Source: an uncultured delta proteobacterium
GTDB taxonomy: Bacteria > Myxococcota > Myxococcia > Myxococcales > Myxococcaceae
DNA: 64,000 nucleotides
NCBI GenBank assembly: GCA_963771175.1
Contig: CAVYSY010000033.1
Coordinates: forward strand, 522,293 to 586,292
Reading direction: 5' to 3'
The translations under genes were made by a program, and so were the position numbers. Position 1 is the stretch's first letter, and each line of letters opens with the position of its first letter. A model generated the notes under the pieces. That model was not told the DNA's origin, ran no database searches, and was given only the letters and a program-made list of their open reading frames with translations. Shown here in pieces: positions 21,473 to 31,786 of the stretch.

Positions 21473-24126
21473 CGTCGTCCTCCTCGCGAAACCGCGGCTT
21501 CCTCCGGGGCATCGACCAACTCGTGGATGATGCGAAGGAGCTGGCCGGGCTCGATGGGCTTGACCAGGTGCACGTCGAACCCCGCCCCATGCGCGCGGCG
21601 GCGGTCGGAGTCCTGACCGTAACCGGTGATGGCGACCAGCTTGATCCCTTGGAGGGCGGGGACCTGGCGGATCCTCGCGGCCAGCTCATAGCCATCCATC
21701 ACGGGGAGGCCGACATCCAGCAATGCGATGTGCGGCCGGAACGAGCAGGCCGCATCCAGCCCGGCGGGTCCATCCAGGGCCATCCGCGTGACGTACCCCT
21801 TCGAGTCCAGGAGCTCGATGAGCAGCTCGGCCGCATCCTGATTGTCATCCACGACCAGGAGTCGCGCGGAGTGCGAGGCATCACGAACGGACGCTTCGGG
21901 CGCATGGCTCCGGTGCTCGTTACCGACGGGGACGCGCTGCACGATGAGCGGCAGGCTCACCACGAACTCGCTCCCACGGCCCAGGCCCTCGCTGTGTACC
22001 GAAACGGTGCCGCCATGGAGCTCGACCAGGCTGCGAACGATCGCCAGGCCCAGGCCGAGCCCCCCTTGAGAACGGTCGATCGACCGACCCTCCTGGACGA
22101 ACATGTCGAAGATTTTCGGCAGGACCTCGGGCGCGATGCCCGCGCCGTTGTCCCGGACCCGCAGCACGGCCCGCTCCCCTTCCCCTGTCAGGGTGACGAC
22201 GATGCGCCCTCCCGGATCGGTGTACTTCGCGGCGTTGTTGAGGAGATTCGCCAGGACCTGGGCGAGCCGGGCCGGATCCCCGTCGATGATGAGTGGCTCG
22301 CTCACCTGGGGCAGCACCAGGTGATGCGAGCGCTGCTCTAGCAGGGGGCTCGCCATCTCGACGGCCTCGGCCAGGACGGTCGTGAGGTCGGTGCGCCCGC
22401 TCTTGAGCTGGACCTTCCCGCGCGTGATGCGTGAGACGTCGAGCAGGTCATCGACGAGGCGGATGAGGTGCTCGACCTGCCGCCCGATGATCGTCCGCTC
22501 GCGCTCGAAGGCGCCCCCCTCCTTCATCCCCATCAACTGAAGGGCCGTGACGATCGGCGACAGGGGGTTGCGAAGCTCATGGCCGAGCATCGCGAGGAAC
22601 TCATCCTTGCGGCGATCCGCTTCGCGCGCCTCCTGGTAGAGGAGGGCATTGTCGAGCGCCACGCCAGCACGCAGGCCCAGCTCCTCGACGAGCTCCAGGG
22701 CCTCGATGTCGAACCGGCCCCCCTCCTCGCACCCCAGGACGATGGCACCGAGAGTCTGGCCACGGGCCTCGATGGGAGCGATGACCGAGTCGTGGGTGAT
22801 GCGAGACCGCGGCTTCGCCCCCATCGAGAGCAGCGTGAGACCCAGCTCTCGCGCGCTCTCGACCCTCGCCGGGTCGCGGTGGACGACGACCGTCTTCGTC
22901 TCGTCGGCGCCGCACGGAGTGCGTTCCGCCACTTGCATGACAATCCAATCGGCGAACCGCGGCACCACCAGGTGGGCCACCCGCTCGAGGGCCGTACCAA
23001 AGTCGAGCGAGGAGCCGAAGCTCGCGCTCGCTTCCGACAGGAGTGCCGCCCGGAACTGCCTGGCTTCCGCCATGTGCCGGGCACGCTGCTCGGCCTCGAA
23101 CAGCCGGGCGCGCTCACACGCCTGTGCCGCCTGCTGGGAGATGGCCTGGATGAACGCACGCTCCTCGTCCCCGAACCCGCGGGGCGAGGGAAAGCTGAAT
23201 CCCAGCGCGCCGAGACACCGCCCATCGACCACCAGGGGGACGGCGGCGAAGGCCTGGGGCGACGACGTCGGCAGCCGGGGCTCGCCCGTGAGCGAGGAGG
23301 CATCCATCCAGGTGGAGAAGACGCCACTCTGCCGACGAAAAGCCTCCACGAGTGGCAGGTGGGCACTCACCGGAATGCGCTGGCAACCGAGCAGGAGCGT
23401 CTCGGGGTAGCCCACGGCTCGGATCAGCTGCAGCTCGGTCCCGGTCTCCCCGGCCAGGAACATGCTCCCCGCGTGGGCACCCATGGCGGCCAGACCCCGC
23501 GAGAGAATCACCTCCGCGACCTGCGCGCAGGTCTGCGTCCGGGAGAGGCCATCCGAGATGGCGTGGAGCATCGCGAGCACGGAGTTCACATGCTCGAGGC
23601 GACCCTGCTCCTCGGCGAGCCTGCCGCGCGCGCGCGCCTCACGGCTCGACTGCATCGCGAGCGCGGCCTGGCTGGCGATCAACTGGAGCAGGTGTCGCTC
23701 GTGCGCGGTGGGGAAGTTCGCACGCCACGAGCCGACGAGGACCTTGCCGGGCTCACCCGGGAGCGGACTGGAGACCACGCGAATGGCGGTCCGACCGACG
23801 GTGTTCGGCCGGGGCAGCTCGAAGCTCGCCGGCGAGTCCAGGCTCGCACCACGGCCCGCGGAGAGGAGCGCCTCGCAGTCCAGCTCCGCGGGAAAGCATT
23901 GCTCGAGCTCCTCCTCCAGTCCGTGGATGCGCAGGAGGGCGATGTCGAGACGCAGTTGGGAGACGAGGAGGTCGACGACGCTCTCGGCGATCGCCTTGGG
24001 ATCCTCGCCCTGCCAGGCGGAAGACAGCTCGAGGAGCGCGAACAAGTCGTTGACCTGCCGGCGAAGCGCAAGCACTCCCAGTTCGGCGAGTTCCGACAGG
24101 CGCACGACTGTCCGTTCCCTGGTCAA
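21469..24126 (-). CDS. Hybrid sensor histidine kinase/response regulator with GAF domains
   Basis: FLAMLGHELRNPL H-box, NLLNNAAKYT, DNGAGI, GLGLGL; receiver VDDN...LLDVGLP...KP. Confidence 0.95.
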   Translation of the reverse strand: MTRERTVVRLSELAELGVLALRRQVNDLFALLELSSAWQGEDPKAIAESVVDLLVSQLRLDIALLRIHGLEEELEQCFPAELDCEALLSAGRGASLDSPASFELPRPNTVGRTAIRVVSSPLPGEPGKVLVGSWRANFPTAHERHLLQLIASQAALAMQSSREARARGRLAEEQGRLEHVNSVLAMLHAISDGLSRTQTCAQVAEVILSRGLAAMGAHAGSMFLAGETGTELQLIRAVGYPETLLLGCQRIPVSAHLPLVEAFRRQSGVFSTWMDASSLTGEPRLPTSSPQAFAAVPLVVDGRCLGALGFSFPSPRGFGDEERAFIQAISQQAAQACERARLFEAEQRARHMAEARQFRAALLSEASASFGSSLDFGTALERVAHLVVPRFADWIVMQVAERTPCGADETKTVVVHRDPARVESARELGLTLLSMGAKPRSRITHDSVIAPIEARGQTLGAIVLGCEEGGRFDIEALELVEELGLRAGVALDNALLYQEAREADRRKDEFLAMLGHELRNPLSPIVTALQLMGMKEGGAFERERTIIGRQVEHLIRLVDDLLDVSRITRGKVQLKSGRTDLTTVLAEAVEMASPLLEQRSHHLVLPQVSEPLIIDGDPARLAQVLANLLNNAAKYTDPGGRIVVTLTGEGERAVLRVRDNGAGIAPEVLPKIFDMFVQEGRSIDRSQGGLGLGLAIVRSLVELHGGTVSVHSEGLGRGSEFVVSLPLIVQRVPVGNEHRSHAPEASVRDASHSARLLVVDDNQDAAELLIELLDSKGYVTRMALDGPAGLDAACSFRPHIALLDVGLPVMDGYELAARIRQVPALQGIKLVAITGYGQDSDRRRAHGAGFDVHLVKPIEPGQLLRIIHELVDAPEEAAVSRGGRR

Positions 24127-24144
24127 ATGGATGACCTCCCTGGC

Positions 24145-24759
24145 TCAGGAGGGTTTGCACACCGTGGAGCTGCCGAGGAGCTCCTCGGGCGGGACGTAGA
24201 ACGGATTCTCGCGGAGCACGCCTTCGACGATGGCGCAGGGGTGGGTCCGCAACACGTCGACGAGGGTCGAGCCACTGAAGCGGTTGAGATCGTAGATGCA
24301 GATCGCGGGCTGATTCAGCCGGTTGAGCAGGTGGTTGACGCGCGCTTCGTACTCGAGGACCTGCTCCAATCCAGGTTGCGCCTCGAGCACCCACTCCATG
24401 TGGCCCATCATGCGAACGCGCGAGAAGCCCTCGGCCCGGCTCGTCCGCACCACCTCCTCGAGGAGCGCCATCATCGTGTCTCCGTCGAACCGGTCATCCT
24501 TGAGGTAGGCTTCATTCCACCCCAGCACCTCGAGCTGCCCTGTTCTCTGGCAGTCGCTGATGGGCACGCCCATCCCCTCGAGGTGCTTCAGATGGTCATG
24601 TCTCAGGCAGGGGTCACAGATGTGGACCGCCTTCTCGCCAGCGAGGATCCCCTCCTGGATATAGGGGCGGAGCACCTCGTACTCCTCCTCTCGAGAGCGG
24701 AAGAACGCGGCGATGTGAAAGTGCTGGAGCTTCCTTCCGGCCACGGTCACTTCATTCAC
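24145..24759 (-). CDS. Stand-alone MEDS (DcmR-like sensory) domain protein
   Basis: HIAAFF, GILAGEK, RMMGHMEW, LEYEARVN, ICIYD, VLRTHP, NPFY; GTG start after GGAGG. Confidence 0.85.
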   Translation of the reverse strand: MNEVTVAGRKLQHFHIAAFFRSREEEYEVLRPYIQEGILAGEKAVHICDPCLRHDHLKHLEGMGVPISDCQRTGQLEVLGWNEAYLKDDRFDGDTMMALLEEVVRTSRAEGFSRVRMMGHMEWVLEAQPGLEQVLEYEARVNHLLNRLNQPAICIYDLNRFSGSTLVDVLRTHPCAIVEGVLRENPFYVPPEELLGSSTVCKPS

Positions 24760-25024
24760 GGCGGTCCGCCTCCCCCTGGTGAGGTTCAACGAGCTCCCGA
24801 CCGAGGCCCCCCACGCTCAGTCCCCCTGGAAGGTGGAGCTATCGGAACTGAAAAATACGCTTATCGCTGGAGGAGTGGGGCCGCGTGGTTCCGAGGGCGT
24901 CCGGAAGAGGACAGCCAGGGCGCCGAGCCCATCGCGGGAAGAACAACCGGCCTCGGGTTGAGTCACATCGCGGCGCCATGGACTCTATCGGGCGAGGTGT
25001 TTCATCTCCGAAGGAGCGACGGCG

Positions 25025-25606
25025 ATGCTGGACACGCACATCGATCAACGGTTCAAGCGGACGTGGGACTTCTTCCTGGCCAATGCAACAGGGCTGCTGC
25101 TCGGTGGACTGGTGGTCCTCGTGGGCGCGCTCTTCGTGATTCCCGCGCCCTGGTTCGCGCTCAACCTGCTCCAGGAGACCCTGGAGTGCACCCGTACCGG
25201 CCGGCCGGTTCGCTGGCAGGCGACCTATGACCGGCCGGGCAACTTCGTGAAGAGTTGGGGACTCACCCTGGCGATGGGAATTCCCATCGCCCTCGGCTTC
25301 GCCCTCTTCATCGTGCCGGGCGTGCTCCTCTCACTCTACTGGTTCCAAGCGCCGATGCTGGCCGCCGACGGCCGGAGGACGCTCGAGGCCCTCGCGGAGA
25401 GTGGCCGCATCTTCCAGCGCCGGAGCGACTGGGCGGCCTACTTCCTCAACTGGCTCGTCCTGGCGGTGCTCGGCGCGCTGGCCGGGGTGACCGCCGTCGC
25501 CGTCATCCTCACCCTGCCGCTCTCAGTCGCCTACCTCGCCTACTGCTACACCGATGAGACCGGCTCGGTGCCGCTCACGCTGCCAAGGCGCGAAGTCGTG
25601 GTGTGA
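25025..25606 (+). CDS. Hypothetical integral membrane protein
   Basis: 193 aa, several hydrophobic helices, LFIVPG motif, GGAG RBS. Confidence 0.75.
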   Translation: MLDTHIDQRFKRTWDFFLANATGLLLGGLVVLVGALFVIPAPWFALNLLQETLECTRTGRPVRWQATYDRPGNFVKSWGLTLAMGIPIALGFALFIVPGVLLSLYWFQAPMLAADGRRTLEALAESGRIFQRRSDWAAYFLNWLVLAVLGALAGVTAVAVILTLPLSVAYLAYCYTDETGSVPLTLPRREVVV

Positions 25607-25669
25607 GACGCGAGCGAGCAAGGACGCTCCTTCTTTGAATCTGGCTGAAGGACACTAGGATGCTCGGCC

Positions 25670-26629
25670 ATGAGCGTTCCCGAGAAGATGCAGGCAGTCC
25701 TCTTCGACAACTATGGCCCCCCGGACGTCCTTCACCTCGGCGAGCTGCCCGTCCCCTCGCCCGCGCCGGATGAGGTGTTGGTGCGGGTGCGGGCCGCCGG
25801 CATCAATCCCGCGGACACCGGCCTGCGAGCCGGGAAATACAAACTCTTCACCGGCAGCCGCTTCCCCAAGAAGCTCGGTCTGGATCTGGCGGGAGAGGTC
25901 GCCCAGGTGGGCACGGGCGTGAAGGACTTCCGCGCGGGTGACGCCGTCTACACCTTCCTGCGCGTGGGCAGTCCCGGCTCCTATGCCCAGTACGCCACCG
26001 TGAGCGCGTCCAGCCTCGCTCCCAAGCCGAAGACGCTCGGCTTCACCGAGGCGGCCGCCGTGCCCGTGGCCGCGCTCACCGCGCTCCAGGCACTGCGTGT
26101 CCATGGCCAGCTGAAGGCCGGCCAGCGGCTGCTCGTCATTGGCGCCTCGGGCGGCGTGGGCACCTTCGCCGTGCAACTGGGGAAGCTGCTGGGTGCCCAC
26201 GTCACCGGCGTGTGTAGCACCCGGAACGTGGAGCTGGTGCGTGGGCTGGGCGCGGACGAGATCATCGACTACACGCAGGAGTCCTTCACCTCCGGAAACC
26301 GGAGCTGGGACGTCATCTTCGACACGGTGGGGACGGACTACGGCGCCTCCAAGAAGGCGCTCGCCCGGCGCGGCACCTGGGTCACCATCATTCCCTCGCC
26401 CAAGGCGTTTCTCACCACCGCGCTCGGCATGATTCCCGGTGTACCCCCGGTCCGCACCTTCATGGCCCAGCCGGAAGCCGCCCAGCTCCGCGAGGTGGCG
26501 GAGTGGATCGACTCCGGCCAGCTGCGCGTCCTGCTCGAGAAGGCGTACCCGCTGGCCGAGGCGGCCGAGGCCCACCGGCACAGCGAGTCCCACCGCGCCC
26601 GCGGCAAGCTCGTCCTGGAGCTCCCGTAG
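25670..26629 (+). CDS. NAD(P)-dependent oxidoreductase, MDR (quinone reductase-like)
   Basis: AAGINPAD, GLDLAG, GASGGVG, HRARGKLVL. Confidence 0.92.
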   Translation: MSVPEKMQAVLFDNYGPPDVLHLGELPVPSPAPDEVLVRVRAAGINPADTGLRAGKYKLFTGSRFPKKLGLDLAGEVAQVGTGVKDFRAGDAVYTFLRVGSPGSYAQYATVSASSLAPKPKTLGFTEAAAVPVAALTALQALRVHGQLKAGQRLLVIGASGGVGTFAVQLGKLLGAHVTGVCSTRNVELVRGLGADEIIDYTQESFTSGNRSWDVIFDTVGTDYGASKKALARRGTWVTIIPSPKAFLTTALGMIPGVPPVRTFMAQPEAAQLREVAEWIDSGQLRVLLEKAYPLAEAAEAHRHSESHRARGKLVLELP

Positions 26630-26649
26630 AGCATACGACCGGAACTCTG

Positions 26650-27195
26650 ATGACCTGCTTCATCGCGCTCCTGCGCGGCATCAACGTTGGCGGCAACCGC
26701 AAGATCCCGATGGCCGAGCTCCGCGAGCTCTGTGCTGAGCTCGGCTTCGAGGACGTGCGGAGCTATATCCAGAGCGGCAATCTCGTCTTCAACGCCTCCG
26801 GCAAGGCGGATGCGGTGGAGGCCAGGCTCGAGACGGCGATTGAGAAACGTTTTGGCTTCGCGGTGGACGTGCTCGTCCGCACCGCCGCCCAGTGGTCGGC
26901 GTATGTGAAGGGAAACCCGCTTCCGGAAGCTTCGGAGAAAGAGCCCCAGCTGGTGCAGATGGCCCTTTCCAAGGCACCACCGAAGAAGGATGCCGTCGCG
27001 GCGCTCCGCGAACGCGCGACCATGGGCGAGCGGCTCGAGGCCGCGGGTGAGGCAATCTGGGTTCACTTCGCCGGGGGAGTGGCGAGATCGAAGCTGTCGC
27101 CGGCGGTGTTCGAGCGTCTCGTCGGCTCCCCCGTCACCGCGCGCAACTGGCGGACGGTGCAGGAGTTGGCGGAGCTGGCCGGCACCGCCGAGTGA
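26650..27195 (+). CDS. DUF1697 domain protein
   Basis: ALLRGINVGG, SYIQSGN, TARNWRTV. Confidence 0.9.
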   Translation: MTCFIALLRGINVGGNRKIPMAELRELCAELGFEDVRSYIQSGNLVFNASGKADAVEARLETAIEKRFGFAVDVLVRTAAQWSAYVKGNPLPEASEKEPQLVQMALSKAPPKKDAVAALRERATMGERLEAAGEAIWVHFAGGVARSKLSPAVFERLVGSPVTARNWRTVQELAELAGTAE

Positions 27196-27281
27196 AAGGC
27201 TCCGCCACACCGGCAGGCTTCGGTCGGTGCTTTCAGGCCCTCGCGCAGGCAGAATCCTCCTGTCCCATTCTGGAGACCCAC

Positions 27282-27851
27282 ATGTTCGGCAGACTTCTTC
27301 TCTGGGTGCGGCGCAACTCGCGCAAGGCGGTCGCCCTCGCCCTCGCCCCAGGCCTCATCGCGCTCGCCTTCGATGCCGCCATCGGCCATTGGGCAGGGAA
27401 GGACTTCGACAACCGGATACAAGCCATACCGGTGCTCTATGGCCTCATCGGCTTCGTCCTGATGACGAGCGTCTGCATCCCCAGGTCCCGTGCGGTGTTC
27501 GCGTGGACGGCGCGCCTCGTCGGTGGAGCCGGAGTCATCATCGGCCTCGTGGGGACGGTCCTCCACTCCCTCGCGTTGCTCGAGGAGCTCCAGGGTCAGT
27601 ACACGCTCGCGAGCTTCGAAGGGGCCTTCTCGGTGGCGCCTCCCCTGCTCGCGCCGCTCGGCTTCACGGGCGTGGGCGCCGTGATGTTCCTCCTGCCGAG
27701 CGCCAGGCTCCTGCTCCGCCTGCGCGTCGGCCGCCCTCCCGCCGTGAGCACCACCTCTGCCGAGGTGGTCGAGCATCCGGAGTTCACCTCGTCCGCGACG
27801 TCGAAGCAGCCCCGAGGCGCCGCTGACAAGGAAAAGCAGCTCGTGAGCTGA
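27282..27851 (+). CDS. Hypothetical membrane protein
   Basis: Four hydrophobic segments, GTVLH and APPLLAPLGF motifs; GGAG RBS. Confidence 0.7.
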   Translation: MFGRLLLWVRRNSRKAVALALAPGLIALAFDAAIGHWAGKDFDNRIQAIPVLYGLIGFVLMTSVCIPRSRAVFAWTARLVGGAGVIIGLVGTVLHSLALLEELQGQYTLASFEGAFSVAPPLLAPLGFTGVGAVMFLLPSARLLLRLRVGRPPAVSTTSAEVVEHPEFTSSATSKQPRGAADKEKQLVS

Positions 27852-27873
27852 GTGGCCTGACCCTCCGCGGCAC

Positions 27874-28133
27874 CTACGCGGCAGCGGTCACCGCGCTCAG
27901 CACCTCCACCGTGTCGCGCTCCCCGTTCACCCGGAGCCGGTCACCGGTGCGCAGACGCATCGTCGCATTGCCACAGCCGACCACCGCGGGGATGCCGAGC
28001 TCGCGCGCCACGATGGCGGCGTGCGACAGCGGCGCGCCGACATCGGTGATCACCGCCGCGGCGCGTGGGAACAGCGGCGTCCAGCCGATGTTGGTCACGG
28101 TCGTGACCAGGATCTCGCCGGGCTGGAGCTCGA
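27874..28133 (-). pseudogene. Isolated PEP-utilising mobile (phospho-His) domain remnant
   Basis: ELQPGEILV...TNIGWTPLF...LSHAAIVARELGIPAVVG; N-terminal ATP-binding domain absent. Confidence 0.75.
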
Positions 28134-28155
28134 GGGATGGCCGCGGTACTTCCGC

Positions 28156-28677
28156 TCACTGGCGCTTCAGGAAGGCCGAGTGGCAGGCGACGCACGTCTG
28201 CACCAGGAGGCCATAGTTCTCGGCGAGCACCTTGTCCTGGCGCCTCTCGGCGGAGGTCATGACGGCCTGGGCCCGCATGCGAACCTCGTCCTGGAGGAGG
28301 AAGAAGCTCTCGGGCAGGGCGGCGCTCAGGTCGTCCTCGGTACCGGGGACGGGTCGGGCGATCCGGGGCTCGGAGGCGATGCGCTGGGCGGCGGCGCGCG
28401 CCATGTCGTACCGGAGCAGCGTCACGCCATACATCAGCTCTCGCGCATCCAGCCCGTGGCGCCCCATCCTCTTGCGCAGCAGGGCGCGCACGTTGTCGGA
28501 GAGGAAGTCCTCCGAGGGCGGGCGCTCGCTGGCCGTCCCCTTCTTGTCGGGGGCCTTCGCCTTGGAGGACGCACTGCCTGGGTGCTGCTCGGGCTCCGCG
28601 GCGGAGACGTGGAAGAAGGAGCCCACGGACAGGACTCCCGCGAGCAGGAGGGGAAGGCGGGAGCGGGCGTGCTTCAT
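28156..28677 (-). CDS. Secreted class II (c'-type) cytochrome c
   Basis: Signal peptide; helical body; C-terminal CVACH. Confidence 0.75.
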   Translation of the reverse strand: MKHARSRLPLLLAGVLSVGSFFHVSAAEPEQHPGSASSKAKAPDKKGTASERPPSEDFLSDNVRALLRKRMGRHGLDARELMYGVTLLRYDMARAAAQRIASEPRIARPVPGTEDDLSAALPESFFLLQDEVRMRAQAVMTSAERRQDKVLAENYGLLVQTCVACHSAFLKRQ

Positions 28678-28856
28678 GGGGACACCTCGGTGTGCGGGTT
28701 GGGACTCATGCTGACGCGGCCACCGCGACGGAGGCAACCCTCCAAGGGACCCAGGCGCCGGTGACGGGGTTTTGGCCCGGGTGCTAGCATGGACCGCGCG
28801 GTGCGGCGCCAGGGGAGCCGGTTGCCACTCCGAGTGGCCGCACCCTGACGGGACGC

Positions 28857-29780
28857 ATGCGGGCTCTGGTCAAGGACGAACGCACGGTGGTGCTGCGCGA
28901 GGTACCTCGGCCAGTGGCATCGCGCGAGGATGACGTCATCATCCAGGTGGCGGTGGCGGGCCTGTGCCGCACGGACGTGTACGTGGCCGAGGGCCGACTG
29001 CCCGTGCGCCCTCCCCTGGTGCTGGGCCATGAGCTGGCCGGCACGGTGGCCGAGGTGGGCCGGGCGGTGCGCGACCTGACACCGGGAGAGCGCGTCACGG
29101 TCCACCCGTTGCTGGCGTGCGGGGATTGTCCCGGGTGCCGACGGGGTGGGCGGTGCGGGCGGCCGGCGCAGCTGGGGGTGCACCACGACGGGGCCTTCGC
29201 CGAGTACGTGCGGGTGCCGGCCTCGGCGGTGTACCGGCTGCCTCCGGGGTTGCCCTTCACGCTGGGAGCCTATGTGGAGCCGGTGGCCGCGGCGCTGGGC
29301 GTGCTGGAGGCGGGTCCTCGGCCGGGTCAGCGGGGCCTCATCTACGGGGACAACCGCATCGCCCAGCTCACGCGCCGGGTGCTGGCCGCACACGGACTGG
29401 GCGAGGTGCCGCTGTACTCGCCACTCGACGGAGAGCGACTGGCCGCGGACGCGTACGACTTCATCATCGAGACGGAGCTCTCCGACAAGGCGCTGGCGGA
29501 CATGCTGGAGGCGCTGCGGCCGTGCGGCACGCTGGTGCTCAAGAGCCGGCGGCATGAGCCGGTGGCGCTGCCGGTGGCGCGGGCGGTGCTCAAGGACGTG
29601 ACGCTGAAGGCGGTGTCCTATGGCCCCTTCTCCGAGGCGCTCGCGCTGCTGGCCGAGGGCCGGTTGAAGGTGGACGACCTGCTGGGCGAGGTGCACCCGC
29701 TGGAGGCGTACGCGGCGCTCTTCGCGTCGGCGGGTCGCAGTGAGGAGCGCAAGGTTTTCTTCGCCCCGGGCAGGGGCTGA
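28857..29780 (+). CDS. Zinc-binding alcohol dehydrogenase-like protein
   Basis: GLCRTD, LGHE, CGDCPGC...C; GxGxxG replaced by YGDNRIA. Confidence 0.85.
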   Translation: MRALVKDERTVVLREVPRPVASREDDVIIQVAVAGLCRTDVYVAEGRLPVRPPLVLGHELAGTVAEVGRAVRDLTPGERVTVHPLLACGDCPGCRRGGRCGRPAQLGVHHDGAFAEYVRVPASAVYRLPPGLPFTLGAYVEPVAAALGVLEAGPRPGQRGLIYGDNRIAQLTRRVLAAHGLGEVPLYSPLDGERLAADAYDFIIETELSDKALADMLEALRPCGTLVLKSRRHEPVALPVARAVLKDVTLKAVSYGPFSEALALLAEGRLKVDDLLGEVHPLEAYAALFASAGRSEERKVFFAPGRG

Positions 29781-29795
29781 GGAGGAGCGGCGGAC

Positions 29796-31721
29796 GTGTG
29801 CGGGCTGGTGGCGTGGTACTCGGAGGAACGGCCCGTACAGGCCGAGGCGCTGCACCGGGCGGTGGGAGCGTTGCGCCACCGCGGGCCGGACGGCGAGGGG
29901 CTGTGGGTATCAGGAGACAGGCGGGTGGCGCTGGGGCACCGGCGGCTGGCGCTGGTGGACGTGGAGGGCGGGGCCCAGCCGCTCTCCAGCGAGGACGGGG
30001 CCGTGCGGGCCATCGTCAATGGCGAGCTGTACGGGCACGAGCGGCTGCGGGCGGAGCTGGAGTCACGTGGGCACCGCTTCCGGACGCGCTCGGACAGCGA
30101 GGTGCTGGTGCACCTGTACGAGGAGCACGGAGCCGGATGCCTGCGCCACCTGCGTGGCGAGTTCGCCTTCGTGCTGTGGGATGGGCGCAACCGGCTGCTG
30201 CTGGCGGGGAGGGATCGCTTCGGCGTCAAGCCGCTGTGCTACGCGCAAGGGGACGGAGGGCTGTGGCTGGCCTCGGAGGCGAAGGCGCTGCTGGCGGCGG
30301 GGCTGCCCGCGGCGTGGGATGAGGGAGCCTTCTTCCACGCGGCGAGCCTCCAATACGTGCCACCGGACCGGACGCTGTTCGCGGGAGTGAGGCAGGTGCC
30401 GCCCGGGCACGTGGTGTTGGCGGTCGACGGGCATGTGCGGGTGCGACGGTACTGGGACCTGGACGTCCCTCGCCTGGAGGGCGCGCGGCCGGTGCGCACG
30501 GAGGCGGAGTGGGTGGAGGGGGTTCGCGAACGGCTGGAGGAGGCAGTCCGGCTGAGACTGAGGGGGGACGTGCCGGTGGCGTTCCAGCTCAGCGGGGGGC
30601 TGGACTCGAGCGCCGTGGTGGGGCTGGCGGCGCGGGAGGTGGCGGGGCCGGTCCACTGCTTCACGCTGGCCTTCGAGGCGGAGGGCTATGACGAGCTGGC
30701 GCTGGCCGAGGAGACGGCGGCGCGGGTGGGAGCGGTGCTGCACCCGGTGCGGGTGGGGCAGGAGGCGCTGGTGGAGGGCCTGCCCGAGGCGGTGGCGCAA
30801 GGAGAGGGGCTGGCCATCAACGGGCACCTGGTGGCCAAACACCTGCTGAGCCGGGCGGTGCGCGAGGCGGGATTCAAGGTGGTGCTGACGGGAGAGGGCT
30901 CGGACGAGGTGTTCGCGGGCTACCCGCATCTGCGAAGGGACCTGCTCCTGGAGGAGGCGGCGGGGCCGCGGATGGCCGAGCGGCTGGGAAAGCTGGAGGA
31001 GACGAACCTGGCGTCCGCGGGGGTGCAACTGCCCGAGGGCGAGTCCCTGCCGCTGGAGGCGGTGCGGAGGGCACTCGGTTTCGTGCCGGGCTTCCTGGAG
31101 GCGAAGGGAACGCTGGGCAGACGGGTGCACGGGGTGCTGACGGAGGAGTACCTGCGGCGCTTCGAGGGGAGGGACGCGTACGCGGTGCTGATGGCGGGGG
31201 TGGACGTGGAGGGACAGCTCGAGGGCCGGCACCGGGTGGAGCAGTCGCTCTACCTGTGGACGAAGCTGGCTCTGGCCAACTACATCCTGCGGACGCTGGG
31301 CGACGGGATGGAGATGGCGCACGGGGTCGAGGGACGACTGCCCTTCCTGGACGGCGAGCTGTATGACTTCGCGCGCGCGGTGCCGATGGAGCTGAAGATT
31401 CGGGGGCCGGTGGAGAAGTACGTGCTGCGCGAGGCGATGAGGCCGTACCTGACGGAAGCGGTCTACCGGAGGCAGAAGCACCCGCTGATGGCGCCGCCCC
31501 TGACACTGTTTGGCACGGCGAGGGCGCAGGGACTGGTTCAAGACGTCCTGCGCAGCCGAGCCTTCAAGACACAACCCTTCTTCGAGCCAGGGAAGGTGCT
31601 GGCCTTGCTGGAGCGGCTGCCAACACTCACGCCCCGAGAGCGGGTAGCGCAGGAGCCGGTGCTGATGATGGCCTTGACGACCGCCCTGCTGCAGGAGCGC
31701 TACCGGCTCTCAGGCGTGTGA
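29796..31721 (+). CDS. asnB: Asparagine synthase (glutamine-hydrolysing) family amidotransferase
   Basis: N-terminal MCG, HRGPDG, RDRFGVKPL, LSGGLDSS, TGEGSDE, RLPFLD. Confidence 0.9.
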   Translation: MCGLVAWYSEERPVQAEALHRAVGALRHRGPDGEGLWVSGDRRVALGHRRLALVDVEGGAQPLSSEDGAVRAIVNGELYGHERLRAELESRGHRFRTRSDSEVLVHLYEEHGAGCLRHLRGEFAFVLWDGRNRLLLAGRDRFGVKPLCYAQGDGGLWLASEAKALLAAGLPAAWDEGAFFHAASLQYVPPDRTLFAGVRQVPPGHVVLAVDGHVRVRRYWDLDVPRLEGARPVRTEAEWVEGVRERLEEAVRLRLRGDVPVAFQLSGGLDSSAVVGLAAREVAGPVHCFTLAFEAEGYDELALAEETAARVGAVLHPVRVGQEALVEGLPEAVAQGEGLAINGHLVAKHLLSRAVREAGFKVVLTGEGSDEVFAGYPHLRRDLLLEEAAGPRMAERLGKLEETNLASAGVQLPEGESLPLEAVRRALGFVPGFLEAKGTLGRRVHGVLTEEYLRRFEGRDAYAVLMAGVDVEGQLEGRHRVEQSLYLWTKLALANYILRTLGDGMEMAHGVEGRLPFLDGELYDFARAVPMELKIRGPVEKYVLREAMRPYLTEAVYRRQKHPLMAPPLTLFGTARAQGLVQDVLRSRAFKTQPFFEPGKVLALLERLPTLTPRERVAQEPVLMMALTTALLQERYRLSGV

Positions 31722-31786
31722 GCCCGGACGGCGGCGAGTGCTCGCCACCTCCCGCTGCGCGCGTTCGAGCCCTGGGTGCACCGGCT

